A stretch of 64,000 nt of DNA from an uncultured Verrucomicrobiota bacterium (GCA_964535015.1 CAZHRU010000002.1:2215-66214), one strand, 5' to 3'. Counted from the stretch's first letter, positions 34,398-44,308 are shown. Notes: generated by a model not told the origin, from the letters alone. A program made the numbers and translations.

Positions 34398-36068
34398 TCA
34401 CGCCCCGGCCGCCGCCTCCCTGAACACCGCCAGCACCGCGCGTTCACCTCTCGCCCCGCTTCCGATACAGAAGTAGTGCGGCACCCCCAGCACCACGCGC
34501 CAAACCCGGGAACATACGGCCCTACCATCCCCCTCGATCAGCACCGCTCCGCCGGGAATCGCCTCCTTCCATACCGTCGCCGGACACAACCCCTGCCGCG
34601 CACTGAATCCATTCCGAAACCACAGATACCGGACCCGCCGTACCATCGTCTCGGACCGCCCTTCCCAGAAACTGTCCAGCAACCGGAACCGCACCTCCAG
34701 ACTCGGACACCTACCCTCCCCTGTAATCGCCTCGCATCGATCGGTAAACTGATTGAGAAAGTCTGCGCATTCCAGCATTCCATCGGCAAACACGTCCCGA
34801 AGCACCGGCTTGTTATAGAACCAATCCAACACCTTCGCCACGTGATCCGCCCTGCGCATATCGGCAACGGGCATGTCGGACGTCGCCAGCACCTCGTACG
34901 GTGGCCGCCCTGCCCCCACCAACCCCCAGTCGCCCGGCGCCTGAGCCAACGGCGTACCCGGAAGCAGCTTGAGCCTTTCCAATTGGATTTCCGCCACACC
35001 GGTGCGCATAAGCGCCTCCACATCCCGGATCAGACCCGCCGAGGTCTGCCCTGGCAGTCCTGCCATAAGGTCGGCATGCAGTTGGAGGCCACGGATTCCC
35101 GCCAGTTGCCGCACCCCTGCCAACGTTTGCAGCGGCGTCCCCCGCCGCTGAATAATCGGATACACCTTGCTTTCCAGACTCTGCACACCTACCTCAAGAT
35201 GCAGACGTTCCGCCGGGGCCAGTCGGAACTCGGCGGCAACATCCTCGGAAACCAATCCCGGATCGATCTCCAAGTGGAATCGCATCGCGGGATACTCCTC
35301 GCGGAAAAGGCGCAACAGCTCGAGGCACCGGCGGTCAACCAGATTGAAAGTCCGATCAACCACTCGCACCGTGCGTACCCCGGCGGCTCGAATCGCCCCC
35401 AATTCCGCCCTGATCCGTTCTATACTCTTGTACCGCACCCGTGTCTTCCGACTGGTGCAGAAAAGGCACCCATTGGGGCACCCCCGCGACGTCTCCACTT
35501 GAACAAACGGCCGCGTAAACCCATCCATCATCGCGGGATAAAACTCAGGGATCATATCCAACTCATCAACCACGGACGCCATCCCGTTATCCCGGTAAAC
35601 GCCATCCACCATCCTGCACACCCCCGGTATATCCGCCCATCGCGATGGCGTCCCCGCCAAAGCCATCAGGTCCGCAAACGCCCGTTCCCCTTCACCGCGA
35701 ACCGCCACATCCACCACCGACGGCACCAACCCCCGGTTATCCCCCAGGCATTCCGGTCCACCGGCCACCAGGAGGCATTCAGGCTCCAACTCGCGTACTC
35801 GCCCCAGCACCCCCTGTACGAATTGCCGGTTGAATAGATACAGGGTCGTCGCCACAACATCCGGCCGCGACTCCCGAACGCGCTCCACAACCGCCATCGG
35901 ATCGTCATTGATGGTCGCATCCACCGGGTGCCATGCCACCCTGTTCTCATCAACCATGGCCCGCAGACACCACGCCGCCAGACTGCTGTGCGAATAGGAG
36001 GAATTCACTGCCAGAAAGGCGACCCGCACCTTCCTCGAATGCCCTAGATCCTGTTGACAATTCACCAT
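34398..36068 (-). CDS. B12-binding-domain radical SAM protein (DUF4080-type C-terminus)
   Basis: Start trimmed to ATG 36068 (MVNCQQDLGHSRKVRVAFLAVNSSYSHSSLA). Radical SAM cluster motif SRGCPNGCLFC (CxxxCxxC). The N-terminal B12-binding-like Rossmann region is typical of class B enzymes. Confidence 0.85.
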   Translation of the reverse strand: MVNCQQDLGHSRKVRVAFLAVNSSYSHSSLAAWCLRAMVDENRVAWHPVDATINDDPMAVVERVRESRPDVVATTLYLFNRQFVQGVLGRVRELEPECLLVAGGPECLGDNRGLVPSVVDVAVRGEGERAFADLMALAGTPSRWADIPGVCRMVDGVYRDNGMASVVDELDMIPEFYPAMMDGFTRPFVQVETSRGCPNGCLFCTSRKTRVRYKSIERIRAELGAIRAAGVRTVRVVDRTFNLVDRRCLELLRLFREEYPAMRFHLEIDPGLVSEDVAAEFRLAPAERLHLEVGVQSLESKVYPIIQRRGTPLQTLAGVRQLAGIRGLQLHADLMAGLPGQTSAGLIRDVEALMRTGVAEIQLERLKLLPGTPLAQAPGDWGLVGAGRPPYEVLATSDMPVADMRRADHVAKVLDWFYNKPVLRDVFADGMLECADFLNQFTDRCEAITGEGRCPSLEVRFRLLDSFWEGRSETMVRRVRYLWFRNGFSARQGLCPATVWKEAIPGGAVLIEGDGRAVCSRVWRVVLGVPHYFCIGSGARGERAVLAVFREAAAGA

Positions 36069-36116
36069 GCCATCCTCACTATCCCGCTCATTCACAACAG
36101 CATGGAGGTAACCATC

Positions 36117-36500
36117 ATGACACGTCAAGCGGTTGTAAGCACCCGGGCCCCTGCAGCGATCGGACCTTATTCCCAGGCCATTTCCGTCGACAACTTCGTG
36201 TTCTGTTCCGGTCAGTTGGGTCTGGATCCCCTCACCGGGCAACTGGTGACAGGTGGAGCCGCCACGCAGACGGAGGCAGTCCTCTCAAATCTGGCGGCCG
36301 TACTCGCCGCCGCCGGATCCTCCATGGCTCGGGTTCTCAAGACCACAGTCTTTCTCACGGACCTCAAGGATTTCCAGGCCATGAACGAGGTCTACGCACG
36401 CCACTTCACCGCCCCGCATCCCGCCCGATCCACCGTCCAGGTGGCCGCCCTGCCCCGCGGTGCCTGTGTGGAGATCGAAGCCATGGCGATCAAAGGATAA
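36117..36500 (+). CDS. ridA: RidA/YjgF family reactive-intermediate deaminase
   Basis: Start trimmed to ATG 36117, preceded by a GGAGG RBS. Motifs APAAIGPYSQA, TTVFLTDL and VEIEAMA. Confidence 0.9.
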   Translation: MTRQAVVSTRAPAAIGPYSQAISVDNFVFCSGQLGLDPLTGQLVTGGAATQTEAVLSNLAAVLAAAGSSMARVLKTTVFLTDLKDFQAMNEVYARHFTAPHPARSTVQVAALPRGACVEIEAMAIKG

Positions 36501-36546
36501 CGGACGCTTCCCGCGTTACCTGCCGGTGACCAGGACGTCTTCCGCC

Positions 36547-39500
36547 TTACGGAGTAATCAGCGCCTTGAAGACCCGGTTGCTTGCGTCCGTGAACTGGAC
36601 GGTGCACTTGCCGTTGGCATCAAACAACGCATTGCTGATGAACGCACTCCCCACATCCGCCCACTCATCCATCAGGTCTGGCTTGCCTAGCAGTTTCAGC
36701 ACACCGTTGATCCGGGTGTGCAACGGCTGCACCCCATCCCTCAACTGGACAGCACTCGACACCGTCCCACCCGTGACCGATAGTGACAGGAACGAGAATC
36801 CGATGTCGTAAATGTTGGTCGGATCAAGTCCGAGCAGGTAATCGGTTCCCAGATCCGGATCCGACGCCGCGTCCGCCTCACTGGCGTAGTATTGCTTCAC
36901 CCATTCCACGGCGACATTGGTCGGCACACCGGCCTGTGCCGCCGTGACCCCCGCAAAGTCAACCTTGACACTATGGTCGGACGCCACCGCCGTAAAGAGA
37001 TTCGTGTACACGCATGTACCGGCCGCCGCCGGCACCGCCGCCGCATCGTTGCTGACGGAGGCAATGCGGAACCACGGGTCCGCCGTATAGACAACCGATG
37101 TGCTCCCGCCCGCCGGGACCGTGATCTGGCCGGAGGGCAACGCCGAACCATGCAACCCGACCCATTGGCTGATTCGATACAACCCCGATGCGAATAGGGG
37201 TTCGTCATACGTCAGAACCAGATCATCAATTGAACCACGCCCCTTCAGAATTATGCCGTTGACGCGACTCGGGTTCTCACCCACAGACCCCGCCCGCCGG
37301 GCCGCCGAGAGGAACCACGTCCCTCCATCCGGTGTGCAGGGCGGTGTCATGGCCACGGTCTTCCAGTTATCACTGTAGGCATTGGTATCCGAATGGAGTG
37401 CCTGCCCGTTGATCAACACGCGAAACGCCTCCGCCCCGGCCACCGCATCCAACACAACCGTCAGACGGCACCATGTCCCTGCCGCAACGCCATTGGTCAC
37501 TGCAGAGGCGAACGCGGTCCCGAACCCCCCGCCGGTTTTCGTGCCGTGGAACACATACAGGTTGGTCACCGATCCGTCGGCCTTCAGGAAAATCGCTGCT
37601 TTGAGATTCACATTGGTCAGGTCCGCTGTCGGAATGTCCTCGTGCACGACAAACGTAACCATCGTGTCGAGATAGACCCTGGCATCCCCAAACTCCGCCC
37701 CCGTGCAAGGCGGCACCACCGCGGTTCCTTCCGTATTCAGGAACAGGAAGCGTTTCCCGGCCGAATGGTCGTACGACATCGGGAATGGCACCCCCCCCGC
37801 CAACGCGGAGTATCCACTCGCCGGATTGGTTACGATCGACAAGTCGTCATTCCCCGAAACCCAACCATTGGTTGTGTTGACCCGCGCATTGTCCGCCCAA
37901 GCCGTTTCGAAGTTTTCCGCCAGAACCGTGCTGGCAACCGAGAGTGTAACCACCGCCTGGTTCGTACCGCCCGAGAGATCCGCAACCCGGAATGTGAACG
38001 CATCCGTTCCGACATAGTTCAGGGTGGGCGTATAGGTCACGTTTGACCCCGTCAACGTCCCCAGCGTCCCGTGAATCGGCCCGCTGACAATCGAGTACGT
38101 TAACGCATCACCATCCGAATCGGTCCCCGACAACGTTACCCCACGCGCCGTATTCTGCGCCGTCAGGAGCACCTGCGCAAACGCCACTGGCGCATCATTC
38201 ACCGCCGTCACCGTAATGGCGACCGCCGCAGGAGTGGACGTCACACTTCCATCCGCGACACGGAACGTAAAGGAATCGCCGCCGAAATAGTTGGTCGCCG
38301 GCGTATAGGTGACGCTGGCACCGGACACCACACCCAGACTTCCATGCGATGGGCCCGTGGCGATGCTATACGTCAACGGATCCCCATCCACGTCACTCCC
38401 CGCCAATGTGATCGCCTTGGCCGTATCCTCAGCCGTCGTCACCGCCTGCGTCGAGGCCACCGGCGCATCATTCACCGGCGTGACCGTCAGGGAGACTGTC
38501 GCCACTCCCGAGTTCGTCCGGCCATCCGAGGCGCGATAGGTGAAGGAATCGCCCCCCGCGTAGTCCGTCACGGGGGTGTACGTGAAGGATCCATTCGCAT
38601 TCAGCGTCACCGCCCCATGCCCCGGATCACTCACCTTCACCGCCATCAAACTGTTCGTGTCGGCATCCGTGTCATTCCCCAATACGCCCGGCGCCGCCAC
38701 GTTGAAGACCGTATCCTCTCCCACCGAATAGGCATCCCCCGCCGCAATCGGCGGGGTGTTCGGCGCCTCCGTGTCGGCAATATTCACTCCCGCCGAAGTA
38801 TTGCTGCCCCCCAGATTATCCGTCGCTCTGGCCGTCAGCACATAACTCCCCGCCGACGCATTACTCCAGGTACAACTGTAGGGACCGGTCGCATCCTCGC
38901 CCACCTTCGTCACTCCGCTGAAGAACTCGACCAACGCCACCGACCCGTCGCTATCCGAGGCGTCCGCCTGCAACACAATCGTGCCGGGTGCCACAAACGT
39001 CCACCCGTTCGTCGGACTGGTGAGCGTCACCGTCGGTAATGCATTGGTCCCCGTCACCGTGATCGTCACCGTGGCAATGTTGGAATTGGTCTGCCCATCC
39101 GAGGCCCGGAAGGCAAAGACATCGCCCCCGACATAATTGGTGGCCGGCGTATAGGTCACATTCGAGGCCGTGATCGAACCGAGTGTGCCGTGCGCCGGAT
39201 TGGTCACAATACTGTAGGACACCGCCTGGCCATCCGGATCAACCGCCGTGAGCGTGATGGGCAGCGCCGTATTCCGGAGCGTCGTCACCGCCTGCGTCTG
39301 CGCCACCGGTGCCTGGTTGATGACCTGGACAACAAACTGGTTGGACGTCATCAGCGTTCCGTCGCAAACCGTGACCGTCACGGTGACCACCCCACTAACG
39401 TTGGCCACCGGATAGAAGGAGACCGTCCGGTTCTCGTTGCTCCCGCCCAGTGTGATATTGCAGGCGGGCATGATCGACCGACTCGACGTCTCCGCCCAGA

Positions 39501-41886
39501 GCATCAGATTCGTCGGGGCGGTCTCGGCATCCCCGACCGTCACCGGGATCGGGCCATTCATACTGTTGATCCCCACAATGCGATTGGTGATCGCTGACAA
39601 CACAGGTGCTGTGTTGGCCCCGACCGGCGGCTGGTGGTGACGTCCTAATTTGAGGGTGCCATCCCCCAGCAAGACCATGCCGCGATGCCAACTCACATCA
39701 CTGTAATTCGCTGCGAACCACTTCTGGAAAGCGATTCCGTGCGAATCGCCCTGCCCCAGAGGCGTGTAGAAAGCCGTCGGATACAGCATCGAGCCGGTCT
39801 TGGTGGATCCCACCGAAATAATCCCATATCGGGGCGTGAAAATACGGACACCGGCAATGTACCCACCCCATGTGTAATTCGCCGAAGAACAGTTCCAGCA
39901 GTTCCAGAACAGGCGGGTGATATCCGCTGCCGCCACGGCAACATAGTTGAAATCCGGCCCCGACTGATGGAACGATTCGCTCGAATGACACATAAAAAAC
40001 TCGGTCTCGTATGCCACACGCCACCGGCTCGACCAGTCAATACCATCCGTGGTCATGCCCGCAACCGCCGACGAAACCCGGAGATTATTCGTATAGGCGG
40101 GCCCGACACTGTCTGAGGGCGTCCAAGTCTTCCAATCGTCATCCGCCCAGAGCATCCCGCGATCCGGCAATCTCAATTCCCCTGCGCGAAAGGCGTGATT
40201 CTTGTCGAAGTAACGCTTCACCAGGGTCGCTTCGCTCGGACTTCCGGAGAACGCCCCGCTCATCCCGGAACACTTGATCCGTGACACCCAGATGTCGGGA
40301 ACGATACCCGTCAAATAGGGTAAGTCAATCTTGGTGTCAGCATTTGTGTCCGCCCAGTTGCACTGCAAATCCATGTAGTACAGGTCAAATGGGAATGTCG
40401 CAGGGCCGTACTTGCCGCCATACTCATTCGGGTTGTAAAAATAGGCCACCGGCAAATCCCCGATGAACACCGCACCGCCCAAATCGGGCACCGTCTTCAA
40501 ATAGTCGCGCAATTGGGCGGGCGTGCTCCCGCTGAGTATCCAATCCTTGACCAGCGGAACATATCCGTCCGCCGCGAGATCATTGGTGTAACGACTGAAT
40601 TGCGGCTCAATCAGGGGGTGAAGATTGGTATTCACCACCACCGCCACCACATTCCAATCACTCACCACCAGTGTGCAGGTGGCCGCCTGGGATTCCTCCA
40701 ATCCATCACTGACCTTCCAGGTGAAGGAATCGATGCCGACACTGTTCGTGTTCGGAGTGTAGACAATCGCGGCGCTATTGGTTCCACTCACTTGATTGAC
40801 CGTTCCGTTGGTCGGCCCACTGAGAATCGTAAAGGTGCGGGTTTGATCGTCTGGATCCGTATACGCCAGATTAAATGAGGAGGTGGACTTGTTTCGGTAG
40901 ACCCTGACGGTCTGATTGGACGCGGTCGGAATCGTATTGTCCAACACCGTGACCTGACAGGTCGCCACCTGCGAATCAAACATACCGTCGTTGGCATAGA
41001 AAGTGAACGAATCGTCGCCGATATGATTCGTGGGCGCCAGATACTTCACGTAGTAGTAGTTCGTGTAACTGACAATAATCGGCTCCACAGCCCCGAAAGG
41101 AGGCTGATTCACTACAGCCTTGAGCAAGGAAACGTCGGTCTGGGAATCTCGAACGGCAAGGCTAACGTAACGGGTACCTCCCTGAATAATTGTGAAGGTC
41201 ATATTACTGGCCGTCGGAGCATTACTGTTCGCCACGATCGTGACGGTGCACGTGGCGATGTTGGAATCATCGTAGCCATCGTTCACCTTATAGGTGAAGA
41301 CATCCGCCCCCACCGCATTTGTGGGAGCGGCATAGACGGCATAAGAAAACGAGGTGGCTGAGATGATCCCCAGGACAGGCGGAGACATCACGATCATTTG
41401 CTTGGCCTGACCACAATTCGGATCCTGAACCGAGGGATAGACGGAGACCGTTTGCCCCTGAACCACAGTCGCGGAGGCCGGACCAGCCACCGGAATCGTG
41501 TTTGTGGTCGAGAACACCACGGAAACCGAGGCTGTGGCCGAGTCGTACTGGCTGCTGGCTATTGCCGTGAGCACAATCTGCTTCCCGATCACGGAGGGAG
41601 TCAGGTCAAACGTCCAGGAGGCATAGTCGTCCGGATTGACCAGAGCGGCGTTTCCAGCCAGAATCCCATCCTGATACAATGCGACGTTCGTAATTATCCG
41701 AAAGGTTCCGAGGAAATCGTAGGCAGTCCCGGTCACACAATACGTGGTGTTGGAGCCCATGTAGACCTGTCCCTTGTCCTCCGGCGTACCGATCCAAACC
41801 GAAGCTGTCCCGCCCCATGCGGCGGAAGCCAGCACCCAGGCCACCAATACCGCCAGTGAAAACCTCACATCACGAAGTCCTGTCAT
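36547..41886 (-). CDS. Giant secreted tandem-95/Ig(cadherin)-like repeat protein with an embedded gingipain-like (clan CD-like) module and a LamG/ConA-like region
   Basis: 1779 aa with a signal peptide. It has at least 8 repeats of the ..V(N)DAPVA..TxxxxxxITLxGxDxDGDxLTYSIxxGPxHGxL...VTYTPxxNYxGxDxFTFRxxDG..A.V.ITV.. type. Residues ~411-748 (nt 39643..40656) follow the C25 pattern: GAVFIGDLPV, FDLYYMDL, VPDIWVSRI, MCHSSESFH, WNCWNCSSANY, GIISVGSTKTGSM. Confidence 0.85.
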   Translation of the reverse strand: MTGLRDVRFSLAVLVAWVLASAAWGGTASVWIGTPEDKGQVYMGSNTTYCVTGTAYDFLGTFRIITNVALYQDGILAGNAALVNPDDYASWTFDLTPSVIGKQIVLTAIASSQYDSATASVSVVFSTTNTIPVAGPASATVVQGQTVSVYPSVQDPNCGQAKQMIVMSPPVLGIISATSFSYAVYAAPTNAVGADVFTYKVNDGYDDSNIATCTVTIVANSNAPTASNMTFTIIQGGTRYVSLAVRDSQTDVSLLKAVVNQPPFGAVEPIIVSYTNYYYVKYLAPTNHIGDDSFTFYANDGMFDSQVATCQVTVLDNTIPTASNQTVRVYRNKSTSSFNLAYTDPDDQTRTFTILSGPTNGTVNQVSGTNSAAIVYTPNTNSVGIDSFTWKVSDGLEESQAATCTLVVSDWNVVAVVVNTNLHPLIEPQFSRYTNDLAADGYVPLVKDWILSGSTPAQLRDYLKTVPDLGGAVFIGDLPVAYFYNPNEYGGKYGPATFPFDLYYMDLQCNWADTNADTKIDLPYLTGIVPDIWVSRIKCSGMSGAFSGSPSEATLVKRYFDKNHAFRAGELRLPDRGMLWADDDWKTWTPSDSVGPAYTNNLRVSSAVAGMTTDGIDWSSRWRVAYETEFFMCHSSESFHQSGPDFNYVAVAAADITRLFWNCWNCSSANYTWGGYIAGVRIFTPRYGIISVGSTKTGSMLYPTAFYTPLGQGDSHGIAFQKWFAANYSDVSWHRGMVLLGDGTLKLGRHHQPPVGANTAPVLSAITNRIVGINSMNGPIPVTVGDAETAPTNLMLWAETSSRSIMPACNITLGGSNENRTVSFYPVANVSGVVTVTVTVCDGTLMTSNQFVVQVINQAPVAQTQAVTTLRNTALPITLTAVDPDGQAVSYSIVTNPAHGTLGSITASNVTYTPATNYVGGDVFAFRASDGQTNSNIATVTITVTGTNALPTVTLTSPTNGWTFVAPGTIVLQADASDSDGSVALVEFFSGVTKVGEDATGPYSCTWSNASAGSYVLTARATDNLGGSNTSAGVNIADTEAPNTPPIAAGDAYSVGEDTVFNVAAPGVLGNDTDADTNSLMAVKVSDPGHGAVTLNANGSFTYTPVTDYAGGDSFTYRASDGRTNSGVATVSLTVTPVNDAPVASTQAVTTAEDTAKAITLAGSDVDGDPLTYSIATGPSHGSLGVVSGASVTYTPATNYFGGDSFTFRVADGSVTSTPAAVAITVTAVNDAPVAFAQVLLTAQNTARGVTLSGTDSDGDALTYSIVSGPIHGTLGTLTGSNVTYTPTLNYVGTDAFTFRVADLSGGTNQAVVTLSVASTVLAENFETAWADNARVNTTNGWVSGNDDLSIVTNPASGYSALAGGVPFPMSYDHSAGKRFLFLNTEGTAVVPPCTGAEFGDARVYLDTMVTFVVHEDIPTADLTNVNLKAAIFLKADGSVTNLYVFHGTKTGGGFGTAFASAVTNGVAAGTWCRLTVVLDAVAGAEAFRVLINGQALHSDTNAYSDNWKTVAMTPPCTPDGGTWFLSAARRAGSVGENPSRVNGIILKGRGSIDDLVLTYDEPLFASGLYRISQWVGLHGSALPSGQITVPAGGSTSVVYTADPWFRIASVSNDAAAVPAAAGTCVYTNLFTAVASDHSVKVDFAGVTAAQAGVPTNVAVEWVKQYYASEADAASDPDLGTDYLLGLDPTNIYDIGFSFLSLSVTGGTVSSAVQLRDGVQPLHTRINGVLKLLGKPDLMDEWADVGSAFISNALFDANGKCTVQFTDASNRVFKALITP

Positions 41887-42767
41887 AATTCACCCCTCTT
41901 AATGATCCTGTCCTGGGCGGCCTTGGTCACTTCCAGCGCCCGCTGAACAACTTCCTGCACCATGCGTTCCCCGGGTTTGAATTGCTCCAACCGCCGGATC
42001 TGCCGATTCACCGCATCCAAAGCCGAAACATGCCCGATGAGTCCCAGGGACTCCACAACGACATTGTCGTACGACAAATCCTCGTGCCGTTCGAGTTCCG
42101 CCACCAGTTGCGGGACGTTGTCGCCTCCGCCGCACGTCCCAAGAGCACGGATGGCCATCTCGCGGATGGGCATCCCGTAGCCGTCCGGACGGATGGCATT
42201 ATCCCGGATCACGCGGGCCAGGAGGGGGGCTGCGGCCTTGTCCCCGCGGCGTCCGAGTATCTCCAGCGCCTGTAAAATGACGGACGGATCCTCATCGGTT
42301 ACGGCCATCTGAACCACCTCGCCCACAGTCGGTTGATTCTCCTGACTCCACCTCAACATGGCCTCACGCCGTAGAATGGCATTGGGTTCACCCCGGTATT
42401 CCGCAACCAACGCCGACGGGGCGGCCGGCACCGGGACGATAGTCGGCAAATCAGGGATAACGGCGGTACCCCCTGCGGTTGCATGCGCGGAATCGCCCAC
42501 ACGACGTTCCGTACTCACGCCACCGCCTGGAATCGCCACAACACCTCTATCGCTGACCGCACCGGCCCCGTTCGCCAGGTTGCTGGACAAAACGGCAGCG
42601 TCCGACCGGACTACTCTGGAGACGTCCGGCGGCAAGACGCCGCCATCAACCGCCTTTGGCGCAGGTTCTTCCCGGACCGAACGAGTTTCGAAAACGAACA
42701 GCAAGGCAAGACCCACGGCCGCCAGCAAAACCGCCATCCATAAACTTGCACGACCTCGATTCGTCAA
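41883..42767 (-). CDS. Membrane-anchored HEAT-repeat protein
   Basis: N-terminal TM segment (LWMAVLLAAVGLALLFVF), an Ala/Pro/Val-rich linker, then PBS-lyase-type HEAT repeats (ALEILGRRGDKAAAPLLARVIRD, AIRALGTCGGGDNVPQLVAEL, ESLGLIGHVSALDAV). The start is TTG 42767 or ATG 42737. The stop overlaps the start of the giant gene (4 nt). Confidence 0.7.
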   Translation of the reverse strand: MTNRGRASLWMAVLLAAVGLALLFVFETRSVREEPAPKAVDGGVLPPDVSRVVRSDAAVLSSNLANGAGAVSDRGVVAIPGGGVSTERRVGDSAHATAGGTAVIPDLPTIVPVPAAPSALVAEYRGEPNAILRREAMLRWSQENQPTVGEVVQMAVTDEDPSVILQALEILGRRGDKAAAPLLARVIRDNAIRPDGYGMPIREMAIRALGTCGGGDNVPQLVAELERHEDLSYDNVVVESLGLIGHVSALDAVNRQIRRLEQFKPGERMVQEVVQRALEVTKAAQDRIIKRGEL

Positions 42768-42914
42768 TGAACACCACTCCTATCGCAGTAAGCCATTCCA
42801 AACCCAAACAGTATACAACGAACCAAGGAGTGTGTAAACGGTCTTTCTCGCGCAATGGTCGGATACACGAACTTCTTCTTGCCTATCGCCTTGCCGGATT
42901 TTATTGTCTCGCCC

Positions 42915-44300
42915 ATGCGTTACATCAGTACCAGAGGCGCCCAGGAACCTGTTGGCTTCAAAACAGCGGTCATGACCGGCTTGGCCCGGGATGGAGGGCT
43001 TCTCCTCCCCGCCGAAATCCCCTATGTGGCCTCCCGCCTCCCCGTCTGGCAATCCCTCTCCTACCCCGATCTCGCCTTCGAGATTATGTCCCTCTTCTGC
43101 GATATCCCCGCCCGCGACCTCCGCTCCATCATCAACCGCAGTTACAGCACCTTCCGCCATCCGGACATCACTCCCGTCCTCAGCGTGGACGACCTCCATA
43201 TTCTCGAACTCTTCCACGGCCCCACCCTCGCCTTTAAGGATGTCGCCCTGCAGTTCCTTGGCAATGTCTTTGAATACATTCTAGACGAGGATAACCGGGC
43301 CCTGAACATCCTGGCGGCCACCTCCGGCGACACCGGCAGCGCCGCCATCTGCGGCGTCCGCGGCCGTGAGCATATCCGCATCTTCGTCATGCACCCGCGG
43401 GGCCGCGTCAGTCCCACCCAGGAACGCCAGATGACCAGCGTTCTGGATGACAACGTCTTCAACATTGCCGTGGAAGGCACCTTTGACGACTGCCAGCAGA
43501 TCATGAAGGACCTCTTCAGCGACCTCGCCTTCAAGGATCAGCATTCCCTCGGCACCGTCAATTCCATCAATTGGGCGCGCATCCTGGCCCAGGTAGTCTA
43601 CTACTTCTTTGCCGCCTTCCGCGTCATGCGCCTCACCGGGTCCCGCCGCGTCCGCTTCTCGATCCCCACGGGTAATTTCGGCGACATCTTCGCCGGTTAC
43701 GTCGCCCAACGCATGGGCCTCCCCATCAGCCGCCTGATTCTGGCCACCAATGAGAACAATATCCTCGCCCGCTTCTTCAACACGGGCGAATACAAACAGG
43801 GGGACGTGCATTCCACCATCAGCCCGTCCATGGATATCCAAGTGGCCAGCAACTTTGAACGGTACCTCTATTACCGCTCCGGCGAGGACGCCTACGTACT
43901 CCGCGACCTCATGACGGCATTCAGCAAATCAGGCCGCCTAACCGTCGCCCCGTTGCCCGATGGGCGGATCGACGACCTGATCTCGGCCGGTTCTGCCAAC
44001 ACGGCGGAAACCCTGGCCACCATCCGCAAGTTTCATGAGGCCCACGGCTACCTGCTGGATCCCCACACCGCTGTCGGCGTCCATGTGGCGGAACAACATC
44101 GCCACAAGGGCGAACCCATGATCTGCCTCGCCACAGCACACCCCGCCAAGTTCAGTCAGGCCATTCAGGACGCCACCGGGCACGACCTGGCGCATCACCC
44201 CATCCTGGATGCACTGACTGACCTGCCAACCCGTTGCACCGTCCTGCCAGCATCCAAGGACGCCATCCGCCGCCACATGGAACGGGCCATCCGCAACTGA
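42915..44300 (+). CDS. thrC: Threonine synthase
   Basis: Start trimmed to ATG 42915 (MRYISTRG). PLP-lysine motif FHGPTLAFKDVALQ and SGDTGSAA. Confidence 0.92.
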   Translation: MRYISTRGAQEPVGFKTAVMTGLARDGGLLLPAEIPYVASRLPVWQSLSYPDLAFEIMSLFCDIPARDLRSIINRSYSTFRHPDITPVLSVDDLHILELFHGPTLAFKDVALQFLGNVFEYILDEDNRALNILAATSGDTGSAAICGVRGREHIRIFVMHPRGRVSPTQERQMTSVLDDNVFNIAVEGTFDDCQQIMKDLFSDLAFKDQHSLGTVNSINWARILAQVVYYFFAAFRVMRLTGSRRVRFSIPTGNFGDIFAGYVAQRMGLPISRLILATNENNILARFFNTGEYKQGDVHSTISPSMDIQVASNFERYLYYRSGEDAYVLRDLMTAFSKSGRLTVAPLPDGRIDDLISAGSANTAETLATIRKFHEAHGYLLDPHTAVGVHVAEQHRHKGEPMICLATAHPAKFSQAIQDATGHDLAHHPILDALTDLPTRCTVLPASKDAIRRHMERAIRN

Positions 44301-44308
44301 CAGTCCTG

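Noticed and set aside
34476-35837. 453-aa plus-strand ORF.
   Set aside because: It is antisense to the radical SAM gene, which has the CxxxCxxC motif. The translation is extremely Pro/Arg/His-rich, as expected for the reverse frame of a high-GC gene.
36501-36546. Bidirectional terminator between ridA and the giant repeat-protein gene.
   Set aside because: I found only direct repeats (GGACGcTTCC / GGACGTCTTCC). There is no convincing inverted repeat or T/A-tract.
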